NCBI GenBank assembly: GCA_951406725.2 | Contig: OX597825.1 | Location: 1,426,001 to 1,490,000 of the forward strand | From: Octopus vulgaris | Lineage: Eukaryota | DNA length: 64,000 bases | Reading direction: 5' to 3' | Shown here: positions 61,020 to 64,000 of the stretch, one piece after another | Layout of the letters: each line of letters opens with the position of its first letter | Position numbering within the stretch: the first letter of the stretch is position 1 | Notes under the pieces: generated by a model | Told to the model about the DNA's origin: nothing | The model's database searches: none | Seen by the model: only the letters and a program-made list of their open reading frames with translations | Position numbers and translations under genes: made by a program

Positions 61020-61590
61020 AGTAAAAATATTGGCATGACAACTGTGCAGGTGTTAGGGGAGGCCATCCCATGTCTGTTGACTGTGGTGGAGTTGCACAGT
61101 CGTGGGCCAGGTTCCTTGTTTGCGCTTGGTCTAGCCAGGTCAGCTGCTGCACAATCTTTTGCGCCATGAACAAAAATGACTCTTGCTCAGCTGCTGATTT
61201 GTGCATAACCTCTGAAGAGCACACTTCTTTTGTAAATTTTTCTTTGGAGACATTTGTTGTCTTTCCTCAGGGAAGTTTTTCTCCTTAAGGACCCCGCAGT
61301 TTTGGCGGGATGTTGGGTGGGCAAACCGGCAGTTTTTGTCATCTTCCTCATACCAACATGTGCCTTGCAGGTAAAATCTGCAGGTTCTTGAGTGCCTTCC
61401 AAATTTCTTCTTTCCTGTAGGGTTTTGGATAGCATTGGATCCTCCATGGGGTTTCCTGTTGTTTGTTTGGTGGGTTGGGGTTTCATTCTTGCCTTTTCCT
61501 TTTTCTTCCATTTCTTCAGGTGTCACCATTCATCACCTTTTTGAGTGACTTCCGTTTCTTACAAATCCCAACCCAACTCATTAACCATCT
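61020..61590 (-). pseudogene. Decayed CCCH zinc-finger ORF fragment, probably non-LTR retrotransposon ORF1
   Basis: ORF 61140-61529 contains TCRFYLQGTCWYEEDDKNCRFAHP (C-x7-C-x8-C-x3-H). Further Cys/His remnants lie in adjacent frames. No splice sites evident; embedded between a SINE and a TA tract. Confidence 0.5.
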
Positions 61591-61599
61591 GTCATACAT

Positions 61600-61629
61600 T
61601 ACATATATACATACATATATATACATACA

Positions 61630-61660
<31 letters not shown>

Positions 61661-61697
61661 ATATACATATATATATATGCATATATATACATACATA

Positions 61698-61738
<41 letters not shown>

Positions 61739-61802
61739 ACATACATATATATATACATATATATATATATATACATATATATACATACATATATATATAT
61801 AC

Positions 61803-61833
<31 letters not shown>

Positions 61834-62040
61834 CATACATACACATATACATACATACATATACATATATACATACTATATACATATATAAATATATATA
61901 TACATACTATATACATATACATATACATACTATATACATATACGTACTATATATATATATATACATACATACTATATACATATACAGACTAGATTTATAT
62001 ATATATACATACTATATATATATATGTAAACACACACACA
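61600..62040. repeat. (TA)n/(TACA)n microsatellite tract
   Basis: Directly visible. Confidence 0.97.
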
Positions 62041-62518
62041 GAAGCATACCCATTTAATCATATGAGTATATGTCGAAAGCAATCTATTTAATAAAATGTT
62101 CATTCACTGAAATATGCATATTTCAAATGCTATCTGACCTACAAGCATAGATTTGCCTTCAGATAATAACAGCTAATCAAAAGATGATAAAGGAGATCGT
62201 AAATGAGAAAAGGCAGATTGTTGGCAACGGATTGAAGCTTTCCTCAATGAAATCTTTACTAATGACAAATACTACTTGTACAAAATCTGTGCTTTGCAAT
62301 AAACTTTTCTATGTTGAGTATTCATGATACGTATATGAATATGCATAAATATACATCCATAGATACATATATGAATATATATATGAATATATATATTCAT
62401 AAATACATATAAATATATATTCATGAATATGTATATCTGGCTTGCCTGTCCTCAGTCAAACCCATGCCAGCAGTGAAAGCAGACGTATAATGACGATGAT
62501 ATATTCATAAATACATAT

Positions 62519-62901
62519 CGTTACTATTATGTTAAACTGTTGTAAGTCCAAATTTGGCCAAATGCGTTTTATTCACTATTTAATTTTGCTTCCAGTAGCC
62601 GGTTCTTTTGGTCAAACTATTGTATCTCCAGCTGGTTTAGTTGAAAATTGTCAAAGTGTAGTACACTGATTTAGCATTTTCCAAAAGTGTAGTAAGCCCC
62701 ACAATACAACAGTTTTGCAAAAATACTTCTGAATGAAAATATCAGACATGCATGGATTTACGATTCTAAGCAACCAACAAAGGTATTATTGTTAAGCTGA
62801 AACTGTTGCTAATGTAAAAAGAAATGCAATGGTGAAACTATTCTTTTATTTTCTGAAAAAACAGCATTTTGGACTTACGACACTTTTGCATAATAGCAAC
62901 G
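62519..62901. mobile_element. MITE with ~34-bp TIRs and ATAT flanks (Sola1-like by TSD, tentative)
   Basis: Left cgttactattatgttaaactgttgtaagtccaaa; right tttggacttacgacacttttgcataatagcaacg. ATAT at 62515-62518 and 62902-62905. Confidence 0.8.
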
Positions 62902-63364
62902 ATATATAAATATGTTTCATGAAATATATGTCTATGTTCAAGCTTTATCATCTTTATTTAAATTTTTCCATTATTTGCATATTAGTTTTTTTACAATTAG
63001 TGTTGAACGATGAAGTTACTAAATTTATATTTGATGTTTTTAGTTCTTCAGAGCCTCATTTTCAATGGTTGCTTAGATTTGGTGACAATTAGGTCCCTAT
63101 AAGAGTAGTTCTATGTTAATTCGTTCTACTGGGGTTAAATCTTTGACTGTTTGATTTTTCATGCCAGTAACCATGTGTTAAAATACATATAGATAACACA
63201 CACCCACTCACCCACACACATATATATATATATATTTAGCTAATTGTTACTTAGAGAAGGCCTTCAACAGCATCTCTCACTATCTGATTGGGTGGATGCT
63301 GCAGAAATTGGGAGAAGACAAATGACTTGTGTGAGCTAGAAACAACTACAGTAATAAATTTAAT

Positions 63365-64000
63365 GTGCAGATAGAAGTTCACTGGGATTTGATTTTCAGT
63401 CCCCTCCTAATTATCATAGCCCCCACCCCCAGACCAAATCAGAGGATCTTAATGTAAGCTGTCAACAAGAACTCCTTTATGCCGAAAACCTACCTGAATC
63501 TACAGTAGAATTAGAGAAAGAAATTCAGGTGTGGAAGCAAAGCATTGAATCAAAGGGCCTCAAAATGAACTTACAAAGATCCAAGTTCTAGGAAGCAAGA
63601 AAATAAACAAATTGCTTCCCACAGAAAAATGGTTTGCTTGATATGCAGAAAAGCAGAAGTTCCTTATGGTGTGTTCAGAGCAACCAATGGACACAGAAGA
63701 AGTGCAGTGAAGTTACAGAAAGTAAACTTTGTATGTGACAGGTGTGCTAAGAAATTAAACAATAAGAACACACAGGAACTAAGTTTTCTTGAATATCCAT
63801 GATTTTTTTCTAGAGATAGTAGATAATTTTGGTTAGTTAGTAGATTAGGAGGATGTCCTGAAATTACAATTCCTACAATTTCTAGAATGGGAACACGCTG
63901 CAGAAAGTTCAGAGAGCTATTACCGTTGTAAGTAACAAAAGTTTTCTCTCTCAGAATGAAAGGTAGATTGTAGGATGTTTGTGTGCGAACAGCAAAACTA
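63365..64000 (+). mobile_element. Decayed RTE RT remnant running off the window end
   Basis: ELLYAEN, IQVWKQSIESKGLKMNL, QWTQKKCS, FVCDRC, RKFRELLPL and GRL*DVCVRTA, colinear with the young RTE. Confidence 0.85.

Overview
AT-rich, microsatellite- and transposon-dense eukaryotic DNA, most likely intronic or intergenic. The SINE families, (TA)n/(CA)n/(ATG)n tracts and RTE tails resemble octopus/coleoid repeats; this is pattern recognition, not a database search. No confident host protein-coding gene is present, and almost all ORFs in the supplied track are microsatellite artefacts. The best-supported feature is a young, 5'-truncated RTE-clade LINE (9733-12540, minus). Its reverse-transcriptase ORF is broken by one nonsense codon and carries a C4HC3 PHD-like finger inside the RT domain. 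Also present are older RTE remnants, many RTE 3'-tail fragments (one with an expanded ~61-bp hairpin minisatellite), a decayed Penelope-like element interrupted by a TTAA piggyBac-type MITE, decayed mariner, Tc1 and pogo/Tigger transposons, a non-autonomous Helitron, an ATAT-flanked MITE and several tRNA-type SINE families. The main candidates for follow-up are the PHD-in-RT architecture, a candidate recursive splice site with RS-exon on the minus strand (51325-51385), a perfect 65-bp inverted repeat next to a decayed minimal hammerhead ribozyme, and two hairpins whose mismatches are almost all G-U or X-X. I cannot claim a new biological system from sequence alone.
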